Assembly: GCA_001824295.1 (NCBI GenBank)
Contig: MHWY01000008.1
Span: 52,261-116,260 of the forward strand
Length of the DNA: 64,000 nt
Origin: Candidatus Zambryskibacteria bacterium RIFOXYD1_FULL_40_13
GTDB lineage: Bacteria > Patescibacteriota > Minisyncoccia > Phycocordibacterales > DATDWN01
Reading direction: 5' to 3'
The notes under the pieces were generated by a model. The model ran no database searches and was not told the DNA's origin. It saw only the letters and a list, made by a program, of their open reading frames with translations. This document shows positions 28,462 through 37,795 of the stretch, in pieces; the stretch's first letter is position 1, and every line of letters begins with the position of its first letter. A program made the position numbers and the translations under genes.

Positions 28462-29250
28462 ATGAAAAACGACACAAAGATAGACCAAAAAGGCCTCCTA
28501 GAATCACTTGTAAGATCTGGCCTGTCAGAAAACGAAAGTAGAGTGTTTTTAGTCCTATTAGAGCTTGGTCGTGGAACAGTAACACAAATAACAAGAAAGG
28601 CCGGCCTAAACAGAACAACAGGGTACGATATTTTAGATAGTTTAGTTGTAAAAGGTCTTGCTAGTATTTCTGGCAAGGAACCAAAGGAAGAATACCTGGC
28701 CGAATCTCCAGATAAAGTCGTTTTGTTGATTGAAAAGGAAATAAACGAAAAGAACGAACAGCTTCAGAATGTAAAAAAATTATTGCCAGAGATGAGGTCT
28801 ATTCATAATGTTGCTGGAAGACCAAAGATAAGATTTTATGAGGGAATGGAAGGGCTGAAAGATGTTTACGAAGATACCCTAACTTCACACGAGGAGATTA
28901 GAGCATACGCAACCGTTGATGACATGCACATGGCTATGCCTTCTTATTTTTCTACATATTACAAAAGAAGAACAGAAAAAAATATTTCTATTAGGGCAAT
29001 CATTCCTGCAACACTCACAGGAAAAGCAAGGGCAAGCAGAGACGCGGAAGAAAAAAGACAGTCTAAACTTATTCCCCCTGATAAATACTATTTTTCACCT
29101 GAAATAAATATATATGATAATAAAGTAATGATTGCTTCGTGGCGAGAAAAACTTGGAATAATTATTGAAAGTGCAGAAATTGCTGATGCAATGAAAAAAA
29201 CTTATGAACTAGCATGGATAGGAGCGGAAGAGGAAAGTAAAAAATTATAA
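28462..29250 (+). CDS. TrmB family transcriptional regulator
   Basis: GLSENESRVFLVLL...RTTGYDILDSLVVKGL HTH; PKIRFYEGMEG; start moved to 28462 because TTGACA-N17-TATAAT occupies 28426-28454. Confidence 0.88.
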   Translation: MKNDTKIDQKGLLESLVRSGLSENESRVFLVLLELGRGTVTQITRKAGLNRTTGYDILDSLVVKGLASISGKEPKEEYLAESPDKVVLLIEKEINEKNEQLQNVKKLLPEMRSIHNVAGRPKIRFYEGMEGLKDVYEDTLTSHEEIRAYATVDDMHMAMPSYFSTYYKRRTEKNISIRAIIPATLTGKARASRDAEEKRQSKLIPPDKYYFSPEINIYDNKVMIASWREKLGIIIESAEIADAMKKTYELAWIGAEEESKKL

Positions 29251-30072
29251 TATCTCTAGTTGAATAGGGCAGTGGTCGGAGCCAAGTTCGCTTGCAAGGA
29301 TTTTGGAGGATTTTATTTTTGGCAATAAGTCCTTACTTGCAAAAAAATAATCAATACGCCAGCCGACATTGTTGGCCCTGGCGTTTGCCCATGGGGCCCA
29401 CCAGGTATAGTGGCCTTTTCCCTTTGTGAAATGACGAAATGTGTCGATAAATCCAGAAGATACCATTTTATCCATACCAATTCTTTCTTCCTTTGTGTAT
29501 CCATGCTTACCTTCGTTTGGTTTGGGATTAGCCAGGTCATCTTCTGTATGTGCCACATTCATATCACCACAAAATACAACAGGTTTGGTTTTCTCTAAGT
29601 TTCCAACATACTCCAGAAATACTGGGTCCCACTGCTTGTGGCGAAGGGGGAGGCGACTTAAATCTTCTTTGGAATTCGGAGTGTAAACATTCACAATATA
29701 TAAGTCTTTAAATTCTGCCGTCAAAACACGACCTTCTGTGTTTGGGTTGCCATATTCGTCGGCTAACTTATATTTTTTAAGTAAATCCTCTGGAAAGCCC
29801 AAAGCCACACTCAAAGGGGTTTCCCCGCCTGCTCCCGACTCGTGAGGGCGGGCAGGTCTTTTGCAAAAAATAGCGGTGCCACTGTAACCCGCTTTCTCTG
29901 CCGAGTTCCAATATTCCTCGTATTCTGGCAAATCAACTTCACTTTGATGTTGTTTTGCTTTTGTTTCTTGTAGACAAATAACATCTGGCTTGTATTTCTC
30001 CACAAAGGGCAAAAATAAACCCTTGTTATGCACAGCTCTTATTCCATTTACATTCCAGGAGATGATTTTCAT
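29245..30072 (-). CDS. xth: Exodeoxyribonuclease III
   Basis: SWNVNGIRA, CLQETK, GYSGTA, GDMNVAH, GWRIDY, GSDHCP. Confidence 0.96.
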   Translation of the reverse strand: MKIISWNVNGIRAVHNKGLFLPFVEKYKPDVICLQETKAKQHQSEVDLPEYEEYWNSAEKAGYSGTAIFCKRPARPHESGAGGETPLSVALGFPEDLLKKYKLADEYGNPNTEGRVLTAEFKDLYIVNVYTPNSKEDLSRLPLRHKQWDPVFLEYVGNLEKTKPVVFCGDMNVAHTEDDLANPKPNEGKHGYTKEERIGMDKMVSSGFIDTFRHFTKGKGHYTWWAPWANARANNVGWRIDYFFASKDLLPKIKSSKILASELGSDHCPIQLEIL

Positions 30073-30095
30073 CTCAATATTTTACCACAAACAAG

Positions 30096-30218
30096 AACAA
30101 GAGCTTAAAATGCCTCAGGTGCTAGGCGCAGGAAGTTTTGTGAAAGAGCCGTACTGTCGTACGGTGAATGAACAAAACTGAACTGCAACAACGCAGATGA
30201 GGTATTTTTAGCTCTTGT
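30096..30218 (-). repeat. 3'-UTR palindromic repeat family A
   Basis: Reverse complement matches the core at 15232-15320; outer arms AACAAGAGCT.AAAAT.CCTCA include the recombinase stop codon. Confidence 0.85.
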
Positions 30219-31134
30219 TATGAAACTTCTTGTGGATGTCACGGAGGTGTTTGTCAGTCACATGTGTATATATCTGTGTGGTAACAATACTTGAGTGTCC
30301 GAGCATGGCTTGGACGGAACGCAAGTCCGCCCCATTGCCGAGTAAATCTGTGGCAAAAAGGTGTCGTATTGTATGGGGTGTAACCTTTTTTGATATTCCA
30401 GCTTTGATTGCATGCTGTTTTACAATCCTCTCAATTGATCTGTTGTTCAGAAATCCATATTCTCTCGTACTGTTACTTTTAAAACTTTTTTCATCAACGG
30501 GGGTAAATAGGGCGTCACTAATATCCTTGCGTGCCTTCAAATATGCCCTGACACATTTCTTTGCCTCGTCAGAAAGGAAAACCACGCGAACCTTGCCCCC
30601 CTTACCACGAACAGACAGCTCGTCAGAATTAAGGTTTATGTCTCGTGTTAGAGACCGGAGCTCGGAAACACGAAGACCAGTAGAAAACAGCAGTTCGAGA
30701 ATGGCTTTGTCTCGCAAATCTTTCAGATTGCTCCCGTTGGGGGAATTGAGCATACGAGAGAGTTCCTCTGGAGTGATAAGGTCAAGAGACCTCTCGGAAA
30801 CCTTTGCTAGTTCTATCCTCTCGGCAGGCATGGTTTTAATTTCCTGCCTAGCTAGATATTTTAAAAAGGCCCGAAGAGCGATGAGATAGTAGTTCTGAGT
30901 TTTTCTGGACAATGTTTCATCGTTTCTCTTGCTGTGACCGGTCGGTTGCCTGTTGAGCCAGAGACGATACTGACGAACTACCTCATCCTTTATGTCGGCT
31001 GGGTTGTCAGTCTTGATGAAGTTCAAAAAACGAGTCAAATAGTGGTCATAATTCTCAACAGTTTTCACCGAACGGCCTCGTTCTATTTCTATGTATTCAA
31101 GAAACTGTTGTTTGAGTTGTTTGAGTGAAGACAT
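30208..31134 (-). CDS. XerC/XerD-type tyrosine recombinase
   Basis: RDKAILELLFSTGLRVSEL, GKGGKVR, TPHTIRH, LGHSSIVTTQIYTHV; start at MSSLKQ (31134). Confidence 0.93.
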   Translation of the reverse strand: MSSLKQLKQQFLEYIEIERGRSVKTVENYDHYLTRFLNFIKTDNPADIKDEVVRQYRLWLNRQPTGHSKRNDETLSRKTQNYYLIALRAFLKYLARQEIKTMPAERIELAKVSERSLDLITPEELSRMLNSPNGSNLKDLRDKAILELLFSTGLRVSELRSLTRDINLNSDELSVRGKGGKVRVVFLSDEAKKCVRAYLKARKDISDALFTPVDEKSFKSNSTREYGFLNNRSIERIVKQHAIKAGISKKVTPHTIRHLFATDLLGNGADLRSVQAMLGHSSIVTTQIYTHVTDKHLRDIHKKFHNKS

Positions 31135-31235
31135 GAAAATAGTTATCAAGTAGAAAGTTAAAAGTTATCAAGTTAATGCATAAATTATAACATGAAATCA
31201 TGTCGCACAATATTTTTAGACAAGAAAAGACCGCC

Positions 31236-31481
31236 TCACGGGAGGCGGCCAAGGAAGAACAGGGTGGCCAGAACGCCGGCCACGAACGAGAGGATCTGGC
31301 GCCAGTACTGGCGCCAAGCTGAGCGAATGAAATGAGAGAGATGTCGGTACAGGAATCGGTCGATCGCTCTCCACACCCGCCCGACGGCCGGGGGGCCACC
31401 CACCAACAGCGCCAGGCCGGTGATGAGTAGCATGATGAGAACGGAAAGCGTGAAGAGCTCGTTGAGTAGCATCTGTAGCAC
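31236..31481 (-). CDS. Small two-TM membrane ORFan, GC-rich islet
   Basis: Two hydrophobic helices; promoter TTGACT-N17-TATAAT at 31551-31523; terminator CCGCCTC-ACGG-GAGGCGG overlapping the stop. Confidence 0.6.
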   Translation of the reverse strand: MLQMLLNELFTLSVLIMLLITGLALLVGGPPAVGRVWRAIDRFLYRHLSHFIRSAWRQYWRQILSFVAGVLATLFFLGRLP

Positions 31482-31644
31482 CTCGGTTCTTGGGTGGCCT
31501 GTGTGACCACCTCCTACCCCGTATTATATCATATAGAGGTGACAAAGTCAAGAATAAAACAGTTTCCTGGGATTTTTTGGCTATAACTAGGCCCAATAAA
31601 ATAACCTTGCAATGTAGTGGGTTTTGTGATATCCTATCGGAACA

Positions 31645-31911
31645 ATGTTAACAAAGACAAAAAAATCAAAAATCGTTAAAGATGTTCAAGTACACGATAC
31701 AGACACTGGCTCTCCGGAGGTTCAGATTGCTATTTTGAGTAAAAGAATAGACGAACTAGCCGTACACCTTAAGAAAAACGCAAAGGATAACCACTCTAGA
31801 CGCGGACTGTTGCAAATGGTTGCAGACAGAAAAGCTCACATGAAGTATCTCGAGAAAAAATCTCCAAAAAGATATAATTCTCTTACTAAGAAGCTTGGGT
31901 TGAAGAAGTAG
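31645..31911 (+). CDS. rpsO: 30S ribosomal protein S15
   Basis: DTGSPEVQIAIL, KDNHSRRGLL. Confidence 0.98.
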   Translation: MLTKTKKSKIVKDVQVHDTDTGSPEVQIAILSKRIDELAVHLKKNAKDNHSRRGLLQMVADRKAHMKYLEKKSPKRYNSLTKKLGLKK

Positions 31912-32160
31912 GGACTCCTCATTAATAATTTCTTTCTTATTTGTCTCTTTCAGAGAGACACGCATAAATTCTTGCTAGAATTTTGCTTGAGTTCGTGCCG
32001 TCGCACTCACTAGTCTCTCCTCAAGTGACAAAACGACAAAATTATTAATTCGTCGTTAGTAGTTGGGTGTTTGTGATATAATTCTATTGTCGATTTTTTA
32101 TATTTGAATTCTTTTTTACTTTATTAACTTTACAAACTTTATAACTTTTAACTTAACAAC

Positions 32161-32232
32161 ATGTCAGTTATTAAACACCCCAGTACTAGAGCAAAGCTCA
32201 GTACGGGGCAGGAAGTGCTATTATTAGTTTAA
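32161..32232 (+). pseudogene. 23-codon relic/uORF copying the N-terminus of the NYN gene, with palindromic insert
   Basis: MSVIKH-PSTRAKLSTG-QEVLLLV versus NYN MSVIKH-KN-QRVGIFI. Confidence 0.6.
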
Positions 32233-32267
32233 GTAAGTTATTTATTCTTTAATTTTTATATACATTT

Positions 32268-32807
32268 ATGAGTGTAATTAAACACAAAAATCAGCGCGTT
32301 GGTATCTTTATTGATACACAAAACTTATACCATTGCGCAAAAAATATTTATGGCGCGAAGGTAAACTTCGACCAAGTAGTCAAAGACGGTCTAGCAGGAA
32401 GACAACTTATACGAGCTGTGGCTTATGTCATAACCACAGAGGCTGGGGACGAGAAAAACTTTTTTGAAGCACTAGAGAAAATGGGCATCGAAACGAAAAC
32501 AAAAAACCTCCAGATATTCTCTGGTGGTGCTAAAAAGGGGGATTGGGATGTTGGACTTGCTGTTGATGCAATAAAACTTGCACCAAAACTTGATGCAGTC
32601 ATCCTTGTAACGGGTGACGGCGACTTTGTTCCACTTGTAGAATACCTCCAGGTCAACGAAGGTTGTCAGGTAGAAGTTGTGTCGTTTGGTAAGTCTTCTT
32701 CGGCAAAACTTATTGAGGCTAGTGACGACTTCATTGACCTAGATGATAACCCGAGAAAATATCTAATCGGTTTCGGGGCAAACAAACGACCACGCAGAAC
32801 AATGTAA
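32268..32807 (+). CDS. NYN domain protein (LabA/DUF88 family)
   Basis: IFIDTQNLY, KGDWDVGLAVD, LVTGDGDFVPLV. Confidence 0.92.
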   Translation: MSVIKHKNQRVGIFIDTQNLYHCAKNIYGAKVNFDQVVKDGLAGRQLIRAVAYVITTEAGDEKNFFEALEKMGIETKTKNLQIFSGGAKKGDWDVGLAVDAIKLAPKLDAVILVTGDGDFVPLVEYLQVNEGCQVEVVSFGKSSSAKLIEASDDFIDLDDNPRKYLIGFGANKRPRRTM

Positions 32808-32844
32808 AATATTGTTGGTTGACTATAAGAACTGGATAGTATAT

Positions 32845-33036
32845 TGTGGCTAAGCCAGCTGGGGCTGGCAAGCTACAACTCAAAAGGGGTGGCGCCGGTA
32901 ATCCCGATCCTCACGGGGGAAACTTGAAACCCGCGCCACCCCGAATGAGTTATCCAGTTCTTTGTGGCAAAAGCCACATTTCGTCGCAGTCTCTACGCAA
33001 ACCAGCACATTCAACAATGAGTGGCTGGTTGTTTTT
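32845..33036 (+). ncRNA. Putative structured small RNA
   Basis: GC-rich; long stem AACTC..GGGGTGGCGC / GCGCCACCCC..GAGTT; upstream TTGACT; terminal AACCAGC..GCTGGTT hairpin with T-tract. Confidence 0.45.
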
Positions 33037-33081
33037 GTAGAAAAATTTTTAATTCCAGTAAAATTTGTTACACTATAACAA

Positions 33082-33951
33082 ATGCCTCCAGAAAAAAAGA
33101 CAGAACAAGACGTGACGGGGGAGACAAAACCTTCGGTAAAGTCACTTCGCACATATCAAGGTGATGTTGAAGAAGCTGTACAAAAAAACAGTTTTTCGGC
33201 AACTACAATCCTCGTGGCAGAACAGAAAAGAAAGGAGGAAAACCCAGAAACAATAGACACACCTGAAGACGCGAGAGATAGAAACAAGTTTTTTGCTATG
33301 GCGGGAGGGATTCTGCTTATTCTTGGAGTTCTAACTGTTGCTTCTATATATTATATTAAGTCAAGAGAAGAGATTGCTGTTTTAGAACAAACCAAAACCT
33401 TGATGAGTTTTTCCAGAGAAAAGCTAATGCCTGTTACAGACCTAACAAGAGATGAGTTTATTGACAGTATCCTCACAGAAAAAAGAGCTTTTGACTTGCC
33501 AGTCAACTCTGTCTTGTATATTAATGTGGTAGATAAATTAAACAAACCAGAAAGCATAGATACATTACTGTCTTTACTCGGCCCACAAATGCCGTCTGCC
33601 CTAAAAAGAGCATTCGAGAAGGAATATATGCTTGGTGTTTATTCGTTTGAAGCAAACGAGCCATTTATTATTCTCAAAACAAAAGACTTCCCCTCAAGTT
33701 ACAGTGGCATGCTTAAGTGGGAGGAGAACATGGTCTTCGATATCGGTAGACTATTCTCCGTCCCCGAGGGAACAGCGGGGTTTGTGGATGAGGCTTTCCG
33801 CAACAAAGACCTTCGGGTTTTAAAAAATGACAATAAAAAAACCGTCCTTTTGTATTCATTTATAGATAAAAACACTTTAATTATTACTGCAAATGAAAAT
33901 GTTCTGATGGCCATAATAAGTAAATACACAGTTAGTGGTCAGATAAGGTAG
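33082..33951 (+). CDS. Single-pass membrane hypothetical protein
   Basis: LRTYQGDV N-terminal motif, one TM helix; extended -10 directly upstream. Confidence 0.8.
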   Translation: MPPEKKTEQDVTGETKPSVKSLRTYQGDVEEAVQKNSFSATTILVAEQKRKEENPETIDTPEDARDRNKFFAMAGGILLILGVLTVASIYYIKSREEIAVLEQTKTLMSFSREKLMPVTDLTRDEFIDSILTEKRAFDLPVNSVLYINVVDKLNKPESIDTLLSLLGPQMPSALKRAFEKEYMLGVYSFEANEPFIILKTKDFPSSYSGMLKWEENMVFDIGRLFSVPEGTAGFVDEAFRNKDLRVLKNDNKKTVLLYSFIDKNTLIITANENVLMAIISKYTVSGQIR

Positions 33952-33994
33952 GGCAGGTTGCGTGGGGGTGGTTTTCTGTTACAATACGACTTAT

Positions 33995-34354
33995 ATGGAA
34001 CTAAATACACAACATTTTAAAGATTTATTATTAAAAGAGTCAGAGACTCTAGAGGAACAGCTTGCCTCTATAGGTAGAAAAAACCCAGATGATGCCGAGG
34101 ATTGGGAGGCGGTAGCCACGGATTTAGACGAAGATAATGCAGATGAGTTTGATGTTGCTGAGGATAAGGAAAATTTTGACAACAACAAGGCAGAGCTTGA
34201 CCAGCTTGAAATTCAACTGAACGAAGTGAAGTCGGCCCTTCAGAGAATAGAAGATGGTGAGTATGGAAAGTGTGAAATTTGTGATAAAGGAATTGAGGAG
34301 GATAGGTTGGAGGCAAACCCTTCCGCCAAGACATGTAAGGAACACATGAATTAA
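33995..34354 (+). CDS. TraR/DksA C4-type zinc finger protein
   Basis: ALQRIEDGEYGKCEICDKGIEEDRLEANPSAKTC; start at MELNTQ (33995). Confidence 0.9.
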   Translation: MELNTQHFKDLLLKESETLEEQLASIGRKNPDDAEDWEAVATDLDEDNADEFDVAEDKENFDNNKAELDQLEIQLNEVKSALQRIEDGEYGKCEICDKGIEEDRLEANPSAKTCKEHMN

Positions 34355-34478
34355 TCCTGGTCTTTTTGATTAATTTCTGCGTTGCTTGTTTTGTTTGTTC
34401 CACGCGCAGTACTATGTGTACAGCTTGGTCACAAACAAAACATCGCGCCTTGAACTAAATCAAAAATCCTCAGGATTT
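34353..34478 (+). repeat. 3'-UTR palindromic repeat family A
   Basis: TTTCTGCGTTG...GTAC-N5-GTAC...CGCGCCTTGAAC core with AATCCTG/CAGGATT outer arms. Confidence 0.75.
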
Positions 34479-34513
34479 TATTTAATGAAATTAAAATTTA
34501 ATATTGAATCAGA

Positions 34514-36625
34514 ATGCAAACAAAAACTTATACAACTGATTTCGGAGGGAGAGAATTGAGTGTGGAGTTTAGTGACTTAGCAGACCAAGCGCACGGCTCC
34601 TGTTTTGTAAGATATGGAGACACTGTTGTTCTAGCTACTGCAGTTATGTCGAAGGAAGCAAAAGAAGGAACAGATTTCTTTCCACTAACAGTTGATTTTG
34701 AAGAAAAGTTTTACGCCACCGGGAAAATCCTCGGTGGTCGTTTTCAAAAAAGGGAAGGAAGGCCGTCGGAGGATGCTATTCTCTCTGGAAGAATAGTGGA
34801 CAGAACCATAAGACCACTTTTTGATAGCTGGATAAGAAATGAGATACAGGTTGTCGTAACTGTTCTTTCTATCGGTGAAGATGACCCAGATATATTATCC
34901 GTCTTGGCGGCATCTGTTGCCTTGGGCACATCACACATACCATGGAATGGACCAGTTGGAGCAATCAGAATTGGTAAAAATGGAGATTTTAAGATTAATC
35001 CAACCTATACAGAAAGGAGTACAGAAAACTACAACCTAGACATGCTTGTTTGTATAAAAGACGACAAAGTAAACATGATTGAGATTGGAAGTTCCGAAAT
35101 ACCTGAGGAGGAAATACTTAAAGCTATGGATTTGGCCAAGATTGAGTTGAGTAAACTACAAAAATTTCAAGAAAAAATATTTGCTGAAATTGGGAAAGAG
35201 AAGGTAAAAGTTCCAAAACCAACACTTACACCAGCTACCCTTGCACTTTTCAAAGAAAAAATTGAACCTATATTTATGCAAAGGGTTTTTTCTGGCAACC
35301 CAGGTAAAGATGACCTATCGTATCTTGCAACACTCTGGGCAGAAGAAGCAAAAATTATTGAGGATGAGAATGAGTACGCTCTGGCTATGGATTACTTGCA
35401 GGAGAAAATAGACCACGCTATTCACAACGAAATAATTGATAACAAAAATCGTCCAGACAAAAGAGGGATGGATGAACTTCGTCCGCTCATGGCCTCTGCT
35501 GGAGGACTTTCAAGAATCTTGCACGGCTCGGGAATCTTCTATCGAGGTGGAACGCATGTCTTGTCAGTTCTAACTCTAGGTTCACCAAGTGATGCACAGC
35601 TTATAGACAATATGGAGCCACAAGATGGTCACAAAAGATTTATGCTTCATTATAACTTTCCACCATACTCCGTTGGTGAGGTTGGAAGAATGGGGGGAAC
35701 AAACCGCAGAATGATAGGCCACGGTGCCCTAGCAGAAAAAGCTCTTTTCTCTGTTTTACCCAAGAAAGAAGACTTTCCTTATACGATTCGCTTAGTTGCA
35801 GAATCAATGGCGTCCAACGGCTCAACATCTATGGCCTCTGTCTGTGCTGGCTGTATAGCTCTCATGGACGGTGGTGTTCCTATCAAGAGACCGGTTGCTG
35901 GAATAGCTTCAGGACTCATGATGCGTGACGACAAAAATTATGTTGTTCTGACAGATATTCAGGGACCAGAAGACCATCACGGCGACATGGATTTCAAGGT
36001 TGCTGGAACAGAGGTGGGGGTAACGGCAGTTCAAATGGATGTGAAAGTCGCTGGCATTCCACTTCATATTTTGAAAGAGGCGTTTGAAAAAGCAAAGTCA
36101 GCTAGACTTCAAATCTTGAAAGTTATGACTGACGAAATAGCAAAACCTCGTGAAAACATTTCTGAATATGCTCCAAAAATTGTTTCAATAAAAGTAAAAC
36201 AAGACCAGATAGGGCTTGTTATCGGAACAGGTGGAAAAACAATTAAGGAAATAAAGGAACATACAGGGGTAGACGCGATTGATATTGATGACGATGGAAC
36301 AGTATTCATCACAGGTAAGGGTGATACATGTGAAAAAGCCAAGAAAATAATTGAAGAGATGACCCATGAATTCCTAGTGGGGGATAAGATGCGAGCGGAG
36401 GTTGTAAAAATTACCGACTTTGGAATCTTTGTTAGTCTCGGAGGTGGGGCAGAAGGCTTGGTACACATTTCAGAGATTGTTCCACGAAGAATCCAGTCAG
36501 CAAGTGAGGTGGTAAAGGTTGGTGACATCGTCCCTGTAGTTGTAAAAGAAATAGATGAACGAGGACGACTAAAACTATCTATTAAAGATATCGCACCGCA
36601 ATGGTTTGATACAAAGAAAGAATAG
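34514..36625 (+). CDS. pnp: Polyribonucleotide nucleotidyltransferase
   Basis: FFPLTVD, REGRPSE, HYNFPPYSVGE, SNGSTSMAS, GDMDFKVAGT; KH and S1 domains. Confidence 0.98.
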   Translation: MQTKTYTTDFGGRELSVEFSDLADQAHGSCFVRYGDTVVLATAVMSKEAKEGTDFFPLTVDFEEKFYATGKILGGRFQKREGRPSEDAILSGRIVDRTIRPLFDSWIRNEIQVVVTVLSIGEDDPDILSVLAASVALGTSHIPWNGPVGAIRIGKNGDFKINPTYTERSTENYNLDMLVCIKDDKVNMIEIGSSEIPEEEILKAMDLAKIELSKLQKFQEKIFAEIGKEKVKVPKPTLTPATLALFKEKIEPIFMQRVFSGNPGKDDLSYLATLWAEEAKIIEDENEYALAMDYLQEKIDHAIHNEIIDNKNRPDKRGMDELRPLMASAGGLSRILHGSGIFYRGGTHVLSVLTLGSPSDAQLIDNMEPQDGHKRFMLHYNFPPYSVGEVGRMGGTNRRMIGHGALAEKALFSVLPKKEDFPYTIRLVAESMASNGSTSMASVCAGCIALMDGGVPIKRPVAGIASGLMMRDDKNYVVLTDIQGPEDHHGDMDFKVAGTEVGVTAVQMDVKVAGIPLHILKEAFEKAKSARLQILKVMTDEIAKPRENISEYAPKIVSIKVKQDQIGLVIGTGGKTIKEIKEHTGVDAIDIDDDGTVFITGKGDTCEKAKKIIEEMTHEFLVGDKMRAEVVKITDFGIFVSLGGGAEGLVHISEIVPRRIQSASEVVKVGDIVPVVVKEIDERGRLKLSIKDIAPQWFDTKKE

Positions 36626-36629
36626 GTCA

Positions 36630-36657
36630 CAAAAACCGCCATCTCTGGCGGTTTTTT
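36630..36657. terminator. Bidirectional terminator
   Basis: AAAAACCGCCA-TCTC-TGGCGGTTTTTT. Confidence 0.8.
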
Positions 36658-36672
36658 GAAGAAACTGTTGGT

Positions 36673-37641
36673 CTAGTTAGCTTTCGTCTCGAATGAATTT
36701 TCTGAAGAAAGAGTGACATTTCCAGATGCATCAGTGCTTGATACAACATAGAAGTACTTGGTACTTGTTGCTAAGTTAGACAAGTTCAGGCTGTGAAAGA
36801 TAGACACTGAGGCAGATGATGCTGTTGGAGAGGCGGTAGTGTCAACTGGCGATTTCTCACTTACCCAAACTTTTGCATTTGATGCTTCGTTGGTTAACCA
36901 AATTATATTTGACGATATTCCGGTTTTCTTAAGTGCTGTAACAAATAGAATTTTTGGACCTGAGGCATCAATTTCTGTAGCTGACTTTGTCTCAAACTTA
37001 TGAATCTTTGTTCTCAAGACATTATTATTTTCATCTTTATACTCTATGAAATAATAATACTTGGTGTCCAAAGAAAGCCCCGATAAAACAACAGAGTGTT
37101 TAGTTGATAAGTTGTTATCGGCAACAAGTGAAGCGGTGGTTGTACCTAAGAGAAGAGACTCATTGCTTGAGAAGTAAACCTTACCAGTTGTTTTAATGTT
37201 CGACTCCCAGTTAACAGTGGCTGTAGTTGTTGCACTCTTGGCTACATGAACACCAAAAACCTTGGTTTCACTCTTGTTCTTATTAAAGAACTTCAAGAAC
37301 CAATCAAATCTTCGATGTTCGTTGTCTCTATTGTTATCCTTATTGTTGCTGTTATTAACTTTTACATCTACACTGCTCTTTGACTCAAACTTATTGCTAA
37401 ATTTTGAATCATCATCGTTTTTGAACGACTTATCTGCGTCTGCAGAAGCATTTGCTTGATTCCTTACTTCAAGTTTCACTGCCTCTCTTTTGTCGTTAGA
37501 CTCAGATTTTAATGAAGCATCAACATCTAAATTTGTTTTGCTGTTCAAGCCAAGAAAGAGGCTTGCGTCGGTTGATAACGGTAACAAAACCAGACCGAGA
37601 ACACTTAATACTAAGAGATATGACTTAATTTTTTTAATCAT
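36673..37641 (-). CDS. Secreted protein with two fibronectin type III-like domains
   Basis: Signal peptide; TATVNWES..HSVVLSGLSLDTKYYY and IIWLTNE..HSLNLSNLATSTKYFYVVSSTDASGN. Confidence 0.8.
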   Translation of the reverse strand: MIKKIKSYLLVLSVLGLVLLPLSTDASLFLGLNSKTNLDVDASLKSESNDKREAVKLEVRNQANASADADKSFKNDDDSKFSNKFESKSSVDVKVNNSNNKDNNRDNEHRRFDWFLKFFNKNKSETKVFGVHVAKSATTTATVNWESNIKTTGKVYFSSNESLLLGTTTASLVADNNLSTKHSVVLSGLSLDTKYYYFIEYKDENNNVLRTKIHKFETKSATEIDASGPKILFVTALKKTGISSNIIWLTNEASNAKVWVSEKSPVDTTASPTASSASVSIFHSLNLSNLATSTKYFYVVSSTDASGNVTLSSENSFETKAN

Positions 37642-37687
37642 GTTTGGTTTAATTAATGTTAATTGGTGTGCTTAACACACACTATCT

Positions 37688-37714
37688 ATAACGCTACAGC
37701 CCCTCTTTTCTTAC
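37688..37714 (-). promoter_or_regulatory. Putative ECF sigma promoter for the FN3 gene
   Basis: Minus strand GTAAGAAAAGA-N8-AGCGTTAT. Confidence 0.7.
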
Positions 37715-37764
37715 ATTTTGAGCCATCTTCTACGAGCATGCTATAATGATAATTCACCGTTTTG

Positions 37765-37791
37765 GTAAGAAAAGAAGATTTTAAGCGTTAT
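37765..37791 (+). promoter_or_regulatory. Putative autoregulatory ECF sigma promoter
   Basis: GTAAGAAAAGA-N8-AGCGTTAT, same motif and spacing as the divergent copy. Confidence 0.7.
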
Positions 37792-37795
37792 TATT

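Noticed and set aside
30230-30889. Long antisense ORFs (219 aa here; also 15881-16438, 36109-36642, 38576-39175)
   Set aside because: Shadows of well-supported genes on the opposite strand with no independent motifs
30208-31134. Prophage or integron integrase
   Set aside because: Looks like a housekeeping Xer recombinase; no IntI-specific insertion recognised, no phage genes or attC array adjacent
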